64,000 nucleotides of DNA from Raillietiella orientalis (lineage: Eukaryota): contig JAYWIR010000019.1 of the NCBI GenBank assembly GCA_036172245.1, positions 744,001-808,000 on the forward strand. Direction: 5' to 3'. The notes beneath the pieces are model-generated. The model had not been told where the DNA came from. It made no database searches and saw only the letters and a list, made by a program, of their open reading frames with translations. Both the position numbers and the translations under genes were made by a program. Positions within the stretch are counted from its first letter, which is position 1. Every line of letters begins with the position of its first letter. Shown here one piece after another: positions 52,071 through 64,000 of this stretch.

Positions 52071-54145
52071 TTAATCTTGGGTCAAGGACAGAATTCTATT
52101 CATTGCTTCATGCCATTCATCCTCCTCCAGGATTTGATTTGGTGAAACTAGTTTTGCTGTATGATGCAGATTTGATAGTGCTGTGGTAATCTGATCATTT
52201 GCATCAACAGAGCTGCAAAGCATCAGAGGATCTGCCAGAATTGAAAAGTTTGAAGAATCAACAAACCTTTATGATGAAGTGAAGGAAATAGATTAGGCAT
52301 TGGTATCTGTGGAATAAGAGGTTGATTAATGATTTCTATCTTTGTTCTGACAGAACTGTTTTCCAACCCAATAGGTGATGATTGGGAATGACTCCTACAC
52401 AAATAAGCAGATTACCTCAAGAGAGGGATACTCACTTCCTCAGATTAGCCCATGCAGGGGAAGAGTGAGTACTCATGGTGCCAGGAAACAACTGTGCACC
52501 CCAAGTGGAAGCACTCATTCCGAATTCAGGGAAAGCCATTTGTACCATTCCAAGAGGCCTTTGCAATAGGTGGCATATATCTGATAAGGAATTTTGGGTT
52601 GAGTGGAGTCGATAACCCAAGGTAAAAACATCCCATGCTAGGGCAAGCAATAGTGATGAGTGGTAAGGCAAGTGAGCCTTGAGTTTCTCTGAAAATTACA
52701 AACAAACAAAAATGCAATCTGCTTACTTGATAATTCACTCCCGGCCAACTGCGATATGCAGACAGTAAATCCCACTGACTACTTATTGTTAAAGGGCAGA
52801 CCAGATCACTAAGATCAGAAGAGTTTGCCAAACTGACAACCAGATTGAGATATAAATATCTTTCCTTCTCTCCAAATGGCAAAACAGGTACAGCCAGCAA
52901 AGACTTTGAGCCAAACATGTCTCTAATCATAGCCATGGTTAGGATGCTTATCCCAGAAAAACCATCGTGTGCCTGATAGGATAGATGGAATCCCTATGAG
53001 AGAATTGGAGTCTTCACCTAAAATTTTTGGTAACCTGCAAATTATCACAACGTTCTGCCATGAAACGAGTGGCATCTTCCACTTCATCTTTTATTTCTTG
53101 AAATACCTGCTGACCTTCACATAATGAATTACAGGGAGTAGCAGGATTATTTAATTGAGCAGTATGGGATAAAACAATGCTACGAGGATGCAGATGAGGC
53201 TTAAGGAAGTCTGACCACACAGTAACATCCTTTTCCAAATCATAATGCTCATAAGAAAAAGGATCATAGGACCCTACATTTGCAACATTATTTTAAGTAT
53301 GTTCCTTGCCATGAATGATTCTGACCAGATTCTTTGTGATTAAGATTCTTCAAAGCAAGTAATTCATCCTCATCTAGCTTATTCAAGAAGGCATTCCTTT
53401 TACAGGTTTCTTGTTTGCACTCTACAACATTTCCATGCCATAAAGCTCTATCAATAGTTGATTCTTCAGACCCATACAGAACACCTCTCCGATTTAAAGA
53501 TCCAAGGCTATTCTTCAAGTCCACCAACACCAGCCGTGGGGTATAGGTAATCTCCTCCTATTTGGTTACCAAATCAACTCTCATGGAGCGACTTTTGATT
53601 TTTACCTTAAGTGTTCGACCTTCTGCAAACAGTATGTTGTGATTGATTTGGGCATCTCTAGGATTCAAACAAAATCCCAATTCCTACAAGTTCAAGAAAC
53701 CATAAAGATTGCACAAATTTTCGGAATCCATTTGTGATGTATTTTATTCAAATTCGTCATCTAATACAAATTTCATGTAAATATTGAATCAGCATTTACT
53801 GAGAAATTCGTAAACCATCCTTTTTATGAATGGCAACCAATATTCAGCTGAGACATTCACAAAAGTCCGGTTGCAGACGAATAACAATATGAGACTGCTC
53901 AGGATGCAGCCCTTTCAATTCAAAATGAATAGCATTCTTTTTATAGGAAAACACTCGAAATTAACTGAAGCCAAACTTCCATTTTCTACAAAGCACACGT
54001 AAGATATGGATTCGCAGCAAGCATTTCTGACGAACAATGGACACACAAAACAACGATCAAAGAACGTTACCTGAATATTCCAAAAGTGCGCTCCAACAAA
54101 ATTGGAATAATGTCCTAGCTGAAGGGTAATTATTTCATTATCCAT
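52071..54145 (-). CDS. MSTO1: Misato (tubulin/FtsZ-like) protein, multi-exon
   Basis: EIITLQLGHYSNFVGAHFWNIQ, TYTPRLVLVDLKNSLGSL, VWSDFLKPHLHPRS, RFMAERCDNLQGFH. Last exon ends ..EWHEAMNRILSLTQD* with stop at 52071-52073. Confidence 0.93.
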
Positions 54146-54299
54146 TCCTGACAGGCTAATCTACGAAAGCCAGACTTCAAAAAAAAAAAAAACTTTCCGG
54201 ACGAGGCAACCAACTTCTGCAACCTCTTAGTTGGAAAGCAGAGCTGCCCAAATGGGAAACAAGTCATGCACAACTGGCTTCATGGTTGCCTTGGATCAG

Positions 54300-57200
54300 T
54301 GAGATTACTCCGGAAAGAAGAGAAATTCACATTACTTTGCAAACATATGCCTATCGACTTTTATGGCCGTGGATTCATTAGGCAAAACCAATTTGGTTTG
54401 AAAGCACTGGAGAGGAGGGATGCTGAGCACCTGGTAACAGGGAACCGCACGCATTCCAAATCGCCGCTCCCAAGCTTTCCCGTGTGGAGAATCATTCAAG
54501 CCACACAGTGGCCGAGGAAACACCAAATTGTCCGAAGTGACTGCCACTCGCCCGCACCTTCGAAGGAAACGGACGAAAATTCTTCTCGTTTGCAGCTTCC
54601 TTGGCACAACAGCGGGCGACCACGCGGTTCCCACTTACCGACAAGTCGGAGTCCACCGGACGGTGCATTCCTATGTGGCTGTATTCAGAGGAGAAGAGAA
54701 CTTATCCCCAAATGAGTTCTCACTTTGCCTCTCGCTCAACACTGGGAACGAGTAGTGAGATCAACGAACCATTTGTCACTCGATAAGGATGCTCCATCAT
54801 CAAGATTAATGTTAACTTGAAACATTCCATGGGAAATACTGATGATTCGACATGAGAGGAACATATGCCCTTAGAAAGCTTTGAAAAGATGCTCTTTTCC
54901 TTCAAAAGAGAAGCCGATTTATTAATTGATGCCTTTTTCCGTCACAATTATAAACTCTGAACACGTTCTTGTATTTCTCTCTGAAAGACGATGGCTCGGA
55001 GATTGGAATAGGAAGAAAGCTGAACATCCTACGAATGCTTGCAGTTCCAAGAAATTAGGAACTTACGCATGGAAATATTCTTTTTTTCCGAATTCACAAT
55101 CCGAAAAAAACTTCCAGCTAGGGATCGCTTGTCAGACTGTAGTTTTGTTTTGGTTATTCAAGGATTTTCTCGAAAAGTGCATTTTACAAATTAAGCCTTA
55201 CTGGTTCATTTAGAGTTCAACTGAGGCATAAGGTTTGGCAGTCTTGGAACTGGCACGAGAATCTCATGGAATCATGTAAAACGCGAATTCTCCAGTCCGA
55301 CTAGCGGTGGGATGAATTTATTTTGCTTTCAAAATCCTGCAAATTGAACAAACGAAACTGTAGCAACAGTATAAGAATGTGCACTGCCGATTTGAAATCC
55401 CTCAAGTTATCTGCTTTGTATCAGGTTTTCATATCCAAGTACGGGATGGAAAAGAAGGGTGGAGAGGAAGTGGAGGGCACTAGTTTGGGAGAAAGAAAAG
55501 GTGGACCGTTCACGGCATACTCCTGTTTCTTTGGCGCCCCAATGCACTGAGCCTTTCACCTTCCTGAACCCTCTTCAGTGTGTAGGAGATGATGCAGACT
55601 GCCCCCTTGTCGCAACCTCTTGGGCCTATTTCTCGTTTGAGAAGACTCGTTAACATCTCGCATGCGTTAACTTGTACACCCCATCTTCCCAATGAGGAGA
55701 CTTCTCACGAATAAGGTCAGTATGGGGTTGTACAAGGGAACGACGCCTTCTCCTCGGAAGAGTCCGAGCAGGAGCTCGATTTCGGCTTCAGGCGGTGATC
55801 TTAGCGCAAGTTTGACCATTTTTCGGTCCACAGAGTGGATTCCGTAGCTGAATAAATAGAGTTGATCTTCTGTGCTAGCTCATGTGGGGCAATCCGTGTC
55901 GCCCGGGTTGCCGGCCCAATGCTGGTGCTTGTTGCATTGGATCCCTCCGTTTCAAAAAGCCAGGAAGCGGTCTTGGATCTCTGGCCGCAGCTCGAGCCTC
56001 CACAAGACGGTCCCGATAGCCTGCGGGTTCAAGATCGGGTGTCCAAACCATGCCCACTCTGACTCCATGGCTTCTCCAGAGGTGGTGCGCTTTTCTGTGT
56101 GTGTGTCCAGCGCTCAGGGGTCGACTCTCATCCACCGCGTTCTAGTTCGCGGGACTTGTGGGTCGTCCACCCTTGCAGCTGGTGCTTGCTATGCCGTAGC
56201 CGTACAGCGTGGGGGTTCCCACAGGGCAAGAATTCTTCGCATGCTCCAATGGTGAACCAGGGTCGTTTCTGACACCATTCGCTCGTGGTCTGCGGCACGT
56301 TCACGAAGAGCAGAATGACCGCAGCCAATTCCCTCACCCAGAGTTCCTCGCTCTTGGCAACGATCTTCGGTTCTTGCTTCTTGATTCCAGGTGTTGCTTT
56401 CGCTGCCATGTCGGGTCGCCTTTGTCCCGGCGATACGGAGAGGGCGGTCGCGAGACCGACGGCTCCGCGTGGACCACCTCGCGTGGGCCCTGTCGAACAC
56501 GCACGGCCGCTCGTCCGAGGTCCCGGGGCCGGCTGGAACGGCGCACGTTCGTGCGGAGGGAGGAACTTCCAGCCCGAGGCGCTTCTTCAGACGGGTCTTG
56601 GCCATCCACTTTGAGTCGAAGACGCCAACGGGCCTCCTCCTCAGCGTGACAAGGGCGAAGAAGAAGCACAGGAATTTCGAATACGTGACGAGATACATAG
56701 ATTTGTATATAGATAATTTGTACATAGATTTGTATATAGATAATTTGTACATAGATTTGTATATATATGCATGGAATAAAATACATTATAAAAATAGTAA
56801 AAATAAATATATTTGCTTATTATGTATGTTAATAGACAGATTTATATAGAGACTAATGTATATTATAAAGATTACAGAAAATAAATATACGTGCTTGTTA
56901 CATATATTAATGCATAGATTTGTATGTAGATTAAGGTATAGGATAATACTTACTATGAGGATTATAAAAATAAATACGTACGCTTAATATATATATGTGT
57001 ATCTAGATTATTGTAAAGAATAATATATCTTCTACGCATTATAAAGGATAAATATATATCATTATTATGTATATTAATAGACATTTATTTATAGATTGAT
57101 ATGCAAATTCATTTTGAGATACATATTTATTAATACTTACTAACATGCATATTATGAAGAAAATTAATAAAGTGTTAATTGTATATTAATATATATTTGC

Positions 57201-60100
57201 CACCTCGCGTGGGCATGTAAGTCACGTGGACAATGAATATTGTAAAGATTATAAAAAATACATGAGTACTTTCCTTTTATATATTAATATATATATTTAT
57301 ATATAATTGATGTATAGATTAATATACATTAGTAAGAGAATAATACATGTGTGTTTATCATGGATATTAACAAAATTAATGATGTGCTTATTATAGGCAG
57401 ACACATTTATATACAGATTAATATGGGGAAAAATATATATTACAAAGACTATCAAAAATAAATACATATGCTCTTCTTTTAATTTAATAAAAACATATGT
57501 AGTATTTTTATGATCTCTGCAATATATATTTATCCGCATGCCAATTCAAATATCAATATATGTGATGAACATGTGTATTCAAGATCGTTCGGACTTTGGA
57601 ACCGGACCCACTTCAGGGGGTTGCCGTAGGGGTCGTTGCCGAGCTTTGTCGCAGGGGTCAGGGAGATGCAAGGAAATGGCGTACCGGTGGGAAAACGCCG
57701 ACCGCGTCCCTCCGGAAGTCGCGCGGGAGGTCCAGCATTGCTCGCACATTCCCGTTGCAGCCACCTCCTCCTTTTCTGCGCGCTGATTGAGCGGAATCGT
57801 GGAAGCTTCTTGGACTCCACTGACAGCTCGGCTACGCCGGAAGCGGACGCTTCCGTGAACCGCGCGCCAGCAAACCGCGAACCTCTGCAGAGCCCGCCCT
57901 GCAGGAAACTCGAATAGGGACTTTCTGCCTGCGGAAGGAAGGCTGCCAAAAAGGAGGGCTGGAGTGTTCTCGAAAGGCCTCTTCCCTTGTCCGGAGTTGA
58001 TGGTGCCACAGTGACCATTTCGTTGTGCACGCATGCTGTTCCTCGCGTTATGCTGGGTTTGGAAGAGTATCCTCTTCCACATCCAGCATAAGGCAAAGAA
58101 TGTGCTGCGAGCTGCGACGCGTACTGTGAAGGAGAAGAAACGATTCCATACAGTTTGTGAATCGATAAATCCCGGGAACACTATTCTGGAATAAACGCAA
58201 AGAACGAAAGGAAGGGAAGAGGAAGCAATAAGAAACCGCCTTGCTTGCGGGGGTCAAAGTTTTGCAAGCATCTGGCAAGGTCTGTTTTCACTGTGCATGG
58301 GTGAGTTAACAAGGGAAAACATCCCGAGGCACTTTTCCTCTGTTTCCGTTTGCATGCTTCCTAAGAATTAGCTTCCGGAAACATGAATCCCATTCGGGAG
58401 GGTGCACGCAGTGTTTCGATGTGTGGAAGACTCGAACGTCTGTAGTCACCACTCGGGCAGCTGAGCTCGTCCCAGTACTCCTGGTTATGTACAGTACTCC
58501 GAGACCATTGGGGTTCGGGTCGTTCGAACTTAAAGTGCGGAATGATCCTTTTAACATTTGATTTATCCGAAATGGAGACCATCTGGCTCTGCATGCTGCT
58601 TGGCGCAGCATTTCAATTTCCGCCTGGCAACGGCGTAGTGCTCTAAAGGGACCTTCAAACACAGCTGTCTGGATGTGACTGATAAGCCCCTCTCAGCTGC
58701 CGTTCCATTCTGGGGATGGAAAACGGTTAGGAGGAGGAAAATACGGCTAGTGCGGGGGATGGTCCGACGTCCAGATGTGTCTTCGCGCCAGGAACTCGCC
58801 CGTCTCCTTGCTTTGGCGACACGGAGCATGACGACAAATAGCGCGCGAAGTTTCCGGTGTGCCCAAAGTGTCCACCGTCATTCGGATATCCTCTTGGAGT
58901 CGTTTTGCACCGGCAACGACCTCATCATCGGGTTCTCTTTGCCAGTGTGCAACTGCTGCGTTCGCTGTCCTCTCGTCGACCATTCGTCTTTCGTCTCGAA
59001 GCCGCCGAAGAATGTTTGGAGGGTTCGTGGCTGCGTCTCCGCGGGATATTTGAACCGGTGTCGCTACGTCCCGAGCCACCACCTCGTTCCTTCACGGAAA
59101 TTTCGCCAGAGGGCGAAAAAACCGAAGTCGCCCGAAATGCCTCTTTTCAACAAAACGAAACAAGAAGTCACGCTAGTTGTTTTGTGTACCATTTAAGGAA
59201 GGGGCATAGCACGAGGTCCCGATGCCCGCCGGTACTCGGAATGACCACTGAGGCATCAGAAAATCTAGTCCGCACTTATCACTTATAGCTCTGGCTGCGT
59301 ACATTTCTTTACACCTTTTAGCTGGTGGCGTCTCTTACACCCTCTTTCCTACAGTACTTTTTTTCAGAATGAATCACAGATGGCAGAGCGGTTCCGCAGG
59401 CTTTGGCAACGTAACCAAGGCAATGGATGTATTTCCTTTTCGATTCGCGCTCGCATTCTCCAGCGACCGAAGGAGTTTTCCTCTTCTGAATCTATTCTGT
59501 ACCCCACTCGTTGCAAGCAGCTTCCTCGGCTCGTGATCGCGGAGATGAAAATTCTCACGGCTGCATCGCGAACGATGAACGAAGTGCTTCCTTCCACTCT
59601 TAGAAGAGGTTCTTGGCGTATCCCTTACTTTTCAGCTCCCTCCGTTCTGCTGCTTGGAAGTTCTTCGAACGGGCAGTCCGAAGAACGAAGAGCGTGGAAG
59701 GATTTTGTGAAACCCAACTGCGTAGAAGAAAGCACAGCGTGACAGAAACGATGTGTATGTGGCCGTGGCTCTGGAAAGCGGACAGTTTCCGGTGGACGCC
59801 GCGGTCAATTGCCAGGTGGATGCCAGCCGTGTGAACTCTTCGATTTCCTCGACCGGGTTTTCCTTTACGGAACGGAAGACGGCAGTGCAAAGTGGGCGCT
59901 GGATCTGACCGGTGCGGAGTTCGTTCCGAAAACTGTGGTGCCGAGAAGCGCCCTGGCAGAGCGTGCAAGTGCTGGAGTCTTCCTGGAGGATGAGGTACCA
60001 CGGAGAAGGGTGTGGCTAAGTAAGTTAAGCCTATTTTGCTGTTGCGTGAATCGGGAGTGCCTCGAGTGCCCCCAATTCCTTGCTGTTCTTACGTCACGTT
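54300..60100 (-). mobile_element. Decayed BEL/Pao LTR retrotransposon (pol: RT, RNase H, integrase), interrupted by an AT-rich insert
   Basis: Remnants in Pao order on the minus strand: SVRFRRSRA..PLNQ (compare RVVFDAS..SLN, ~57785-57856), ASSSP and LKVDG (compare SSP/YVDD, ~56600-56670), EELW, KSR, EIQ and GNPA (RNase H/NPAD, 55900-56350), integrase RFLRRCGRVAVTSDN and GKAWER (54465-54570). Outer boundaries approximate. Confidence 0.6.
56690..57570. repeat. Extremely AT-rich diverged minisatellite block
   Basis: Exact 27-bp tandem (tacatagatttgtatatagataatttg) at the left end, then diverged ~80-bp units beginning aaaataaata..; abrupt composition change at both ends. Confidence 0.85.
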
Positions 60101-61249
60101 AAATGATGCAGGTGGGAAAATGACTTGAGTGGTCAGATGGTTTGCCGACCACGTTACATGTGGATGGGTACTGATAGCTGAAGTGCATTCCCTTTTTTCT
60201 TTGATAAAAGTCGGACAAAGTCATGAACTCCCAGACGAGCACTCGCAAGTGCCATACGTTTTTGGACTTTTAGTCAAAGGCAGGAAGATTTGAAATGGTG
60301 GCAATTCTTTCGAAGGAAAAGTCTCCCATGAAATAATTTCGATGTCATCGTTCGACAGGATTCGAGACTGTTGATGTCTGCTGGTTTGGGTGGGCTGCGG
60401 AGCCTCGGAAAGCTCGCCGCAACCCCGTGTCGGAAGACGTCCGTTTTTGTTTATTTAGCATGGCTGGTAAGGTGGACTTTTTGTGCTGGATAGGTGTAGG
60501 TGGTGGTGCCTAAGTAGGTGGTGTACGTGTGAATTGTAGTTATCGAAGCAGATGCAGTCATCAGAGTGTCGAATTTCGTTTCTTTTCGGGACTCGCTCGT
60601 TCCTTGCTGGTGCCTCTTTGGTTTCTGGAAAATACGACCAATTTAATGAGTCGTAGAGTCGGATGGCGTTTCTGCTGACTTCAAAAGTCCTTTTACGAAA
60701 TGTCTGTCCTTTCAAGAGCTCGTGCACAAAAGTATGTATGTACTTTCTGTGATGCAGGTGTTCGTTTTACAAGAGTAATTATTATAAGATATACTTACAT
60801 TACTATTACATAACTTCAGATGCTCAGTGCTGATCCGATGTTGATGATGCATAGCGGTTGCACCAACAAAAACCTTGGGAATGGAGTATATGTGGTAGAT
60901 GCTTCCATCATGCAGAACGTGAGCTCTACTTACTGGAGGGGAGGTGCTGCACCACTTCTGCTTTCTTTACTGCTGTCTGTGAAGTCCCCTCGTATTGACT
61001 CCTTATATGATAGAAAGCGGAAGACAACTACGGCACCCATCGAGGCTGAACCGATGATATGGCCTATACACTTCTTCTGGTTCACATCAGATGTTCTTAC
61101 TCTTCTAAAACCGGCTTGGTCTTCATGCTCATTGTGGCATTATCCCGTCCTCTAACGAAATGTCTTTCTCTGTATGAGTTTGTGTACAAAGTTTGTGTAC
61201 ATGTTTGTATGTTCTGACAGATGTCCTTCTAACGGTAGTTATCATTACA

Positions 61250-61290
61250 TGCTAAAGATAATTTGAAGACTGCTAAAGATAATTTGAAGA
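61250..61290. repeat. Short exact tandem duplication (21-bp period)
   Basis: tgctaaagataatttgaaga occurs twice; adjacent (a/t)gtttgtgtaca repeats at ~61178-61210. Confidence 0.8.
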
Positions 61291-61299
61291 TTTGGAGTA

Positions 61300-62800
61300 G
61301 TTTTCTCTAAAAAGCAAGCCGTGTGGAGCATGTGGTTGAGCCGTTGTCCTGCATTCTGCTGATCAGACCGATGAGGATTATAAGGACTATTATGGGATGG
61401 GAATTATTTGTTCCGCTAGTTTTCGCTAGTAGTCCGCTTGTAAGCAAAATGTTGCAGCTTTGAAAATGGTGCTTCTGAGGACGTACAGAAGCAAATTGAC
61501 AAGTTCCTTCGTCAGCCGAATGTAAGTAAGGGCGTGTTTGGTACTGGTGGTACTGCAAAGCATACACGCGCTCGTGTGTTGTTGAGAATGCACGAAGGTA
61601 GTAAGAAGAGTCGTACGACGAAGTGTCCATGGCTGGATTCAAAAGATGGGAAAGCGTCGAGTGTCCACATCTTGAACAGGCAGCATTTGTTGAAGTATGC
61701 AAACGGATTTGAGGTGCCGAAGGAATGGAGATGGAGTTTAGCGGCTGGAATTTTGGCTAGAAGTGGACCTGTTTATAGATATTAATCGTTTATTCGCTAT
61801 TGGTTATTTGGAGGTTTAACATGTTCTACTGGTTTGATGTAGGGGACAATGTCTCTGTTATCTTGCATGATGGTTTTTTTGCGTTATTCCGAATTTCGAT
61901 GTTGATCCGTCTGTGAACGGGTAGTTTGGAGATGCCTTGGTCATTGCTTGACGCAACGATGACATACCACTTGTCGACGTATTTGATGGATTGCTTGGAA
62001 AAGTGGCAAAGTATTTTACAGATTTGGCGAATGTGGTCTTGCTGGAGTTGCCGATGGTGCGAAGTGTTTCTGAGATGAGCTTTTTTTGATAAGATGCTGA
62101 GTATAATGAGTTTGCAGATCCGTGGATCCACTCCGACCATGAGGTTGCGGATTATTACCCGGGTGCGCCGAGGCGTTTATTATGAAGATAAACACACAAA
62201 GTGTAGGGTCATCGGCCCTGCAACGTTCTAGAGAGTTCGGAACCTGCCGAATAACGGCACTCAGGCGGGCGAGGTTCGCCTCGGCATCGGAGGGGGAAGG
62301 GAAAAACAAAAAGAAAAATAAGAGCAAGAACACTTCACGAAAAAATTGTAGGGTCAGAAATGGGATCACTGTCCGATGGGGTTGCGTGGTTAGCGTTGCG
62401 GGTAACTCAAAAACATCCTTCATAACACTTCCATTTTTGGTCTGAAGTGTGGATATGGTGTTGGATGATCCAGTCCTCCGTTGCCACGCTCTGGATCACG
62501 AAGACAATCTGCCTCGAGAGCAGGTATTGGTCCGAAGTTAGCGAGGAGGCTTCCCTTTTTTTTTCTTATGGGGAGTCGTTCAAACTCCTTGGAACCAAAG
62601 CAGATTTTTCTTCGTTGATGCAGTATAGGAAGATTTGCTTGTGTGCGTGCGAAATTGTGATATATATATATATATTTTAATTGGTCACGCAGCGATGTTC
62701 GGAGCGAGAAATCCTGCTTCCGAAGATGTATCTGCGCGTAGGGAGCCGTTCGTAGGCGCATATAAGTGAGCCTCATGTCTGCAGCAGATGAGGCCATGAT
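61300..62800 (-). mobile_element. Decayed Penelope-like retroelement (RT, possibly GIY-YIG)
   Basis: KYVDKWYVI (compare RYVDDTFVI, ~61958-61985), preceded by KDVFELP and DPRICKLI (weak SFDV/SPxLANL equivalents) and followed by RVYAL..YQTR (weak GIY-YIG-like). Frameshifted. Confidence 0.4.
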
Positions 62801-64000
62801 GAGCTTTACGAGCGCACGGCGGACCGTGGTCGCGCCTTAAGAGCGGAAGAGTCTTCGGATTCCTGGCTCTTTAGTGAGCTGCTAGCGAGAGCTCTTTTGT
62901 TATACTGCGATCGCAAGTCGCCACCACCACTGCTAACTTTGGCGCTGGTGGTAGTGGTGGCGGTAACAGCCTTTGGGTTGCCACTCGTTCATATGGTGAA
63001 GTGCGCTGCCAACTATTCAGCTGCCAGTCGTTCTCCATGCAGAGTTCACCGCTAGTGCTTTGTGCTCAGCGTTCTACCTACTCTTCCCGGCAAGAAGGAT
63101 TGGGATTCTGCAGGCAGGGCAAGAGTCTGCCTTCATGCCAGGGTGCGAGACAAGCAACCACCAGAGGGGGAGGGGGATTAATCATCTGGAGATTTCACTC
63201 TATACTGAGCGAACTCCTGGCGGAGTAATCCCTGCAGCCTCGCTCAACTCTTTGAGCCCAACTCACTAAGTAATCGTTTTTTTCTCTTTTTGCCGATCCA
63301 CGCATAGAAGCGTGGCTGTGCTTCGAAGCGGAAGTCTTGGTGGTAAACGAGCACTCTTCCAACATGACCACGATTCTAAGGCGGTTGTCTGTGAAAAACA
63401 TACACCAGCTACCGGAGCAGAGCTTGCGGCATTCGGGTGGGCACCCTTTTGAATTGCTGGGAACGTCGCCTGTACGTGTGCGAGGTGATTGCAGCAAGCG
63501 CACCTACTTCTGAGGTACACCTACAAGTGAGCTTACCTTATGAGGCTGGCAAACGTACACGATATCGACCGTTTCGTCGCAGGTGATTGATTGGTTCTTG
63601 TTGGTTGGTCGACCTACTCGTTGCGGTTATATGCGCTCCAGCAACTAGTCAACTGATGCAGCGTGTCTCTGAAAGGGACAGTTTGCCACTCTTCACCATG
63701 TGTGACCATTGCGTGGTCGAGGTTGTAGATTTCTGGCATCAGTAAGAAGCTTTCATCCATTCCCGCGCATCAGTGTGGTTGGAAGATAGAGCACGTCAAT
63801 TACGGTGATATCTTTCCCATCTTGTCAGTGAAATTACCCATTGATGCGAGATGCCTGAGAAGCGACTCTGGAACTGAAAACTCACCTGGTTTCGTCAGTT
63901 TTCGAATCTTCTCGAGTTAACGATACACTTTGCTTTGTAGTTTGTGAGACGTATTTGCAGCAGTGCGGCAGCGTGGTGTCCTAAGTCCGCTTTGCTCAGT

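Noticed and set aside
62785..62820. atgatgagctttacgagcgcac hammerhead-like string
   Set aside because: Both core boxes are mutated and it is on the strand opposite to the Penelope-like coding remnants.

Overview
Eukaryotic (animal) genomic DNA with compact genes and many 41-70 nt GT-AG introns. This fits a nematode, possibly clade I, but the taxon is an inference. Six recognisable intron-containing genes: ECHDC1-like crotonase (-), CC2D1/lethal giant discs (-), DPM1 (-), Ariadne/ARIH1 RBR ligase (+, with a 9-kb first intron), an RPRD-family CID protein (-) and Misato/MSTO1 (-). A seventh gene is not evident from the ORF track: a strongly reduced KRIT1/CCM1-like gene (-) that I assembled by eye from small exons, apparently lacking the FERM F2 lobe and ending in a hydrophobic, transmembrane-like tail. 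Intergenic space holds decayed mobile elements: two BEL/Pao relics, a nest of Tx1/L1-type LINE fragments, a Gypsy-like relic, a Penelope-like relic and possible hAT/piggyBac scraps. Most notable: the remodelled KRIT1, an operon-like DPM1->CC2D1 junction (127 nt), a candidate 15-nt microexon in CC2D1, two duplicated palindrome/hairpin motifs with compensatory base changes, and an AT-rich minisatellite inside a Pao RT that carries a 15-mer matching its flank. No rRNA, tRNA or CRISPR array is supported. All homology calls are by-eye comparisons with remembered family motifs; no searches were run.
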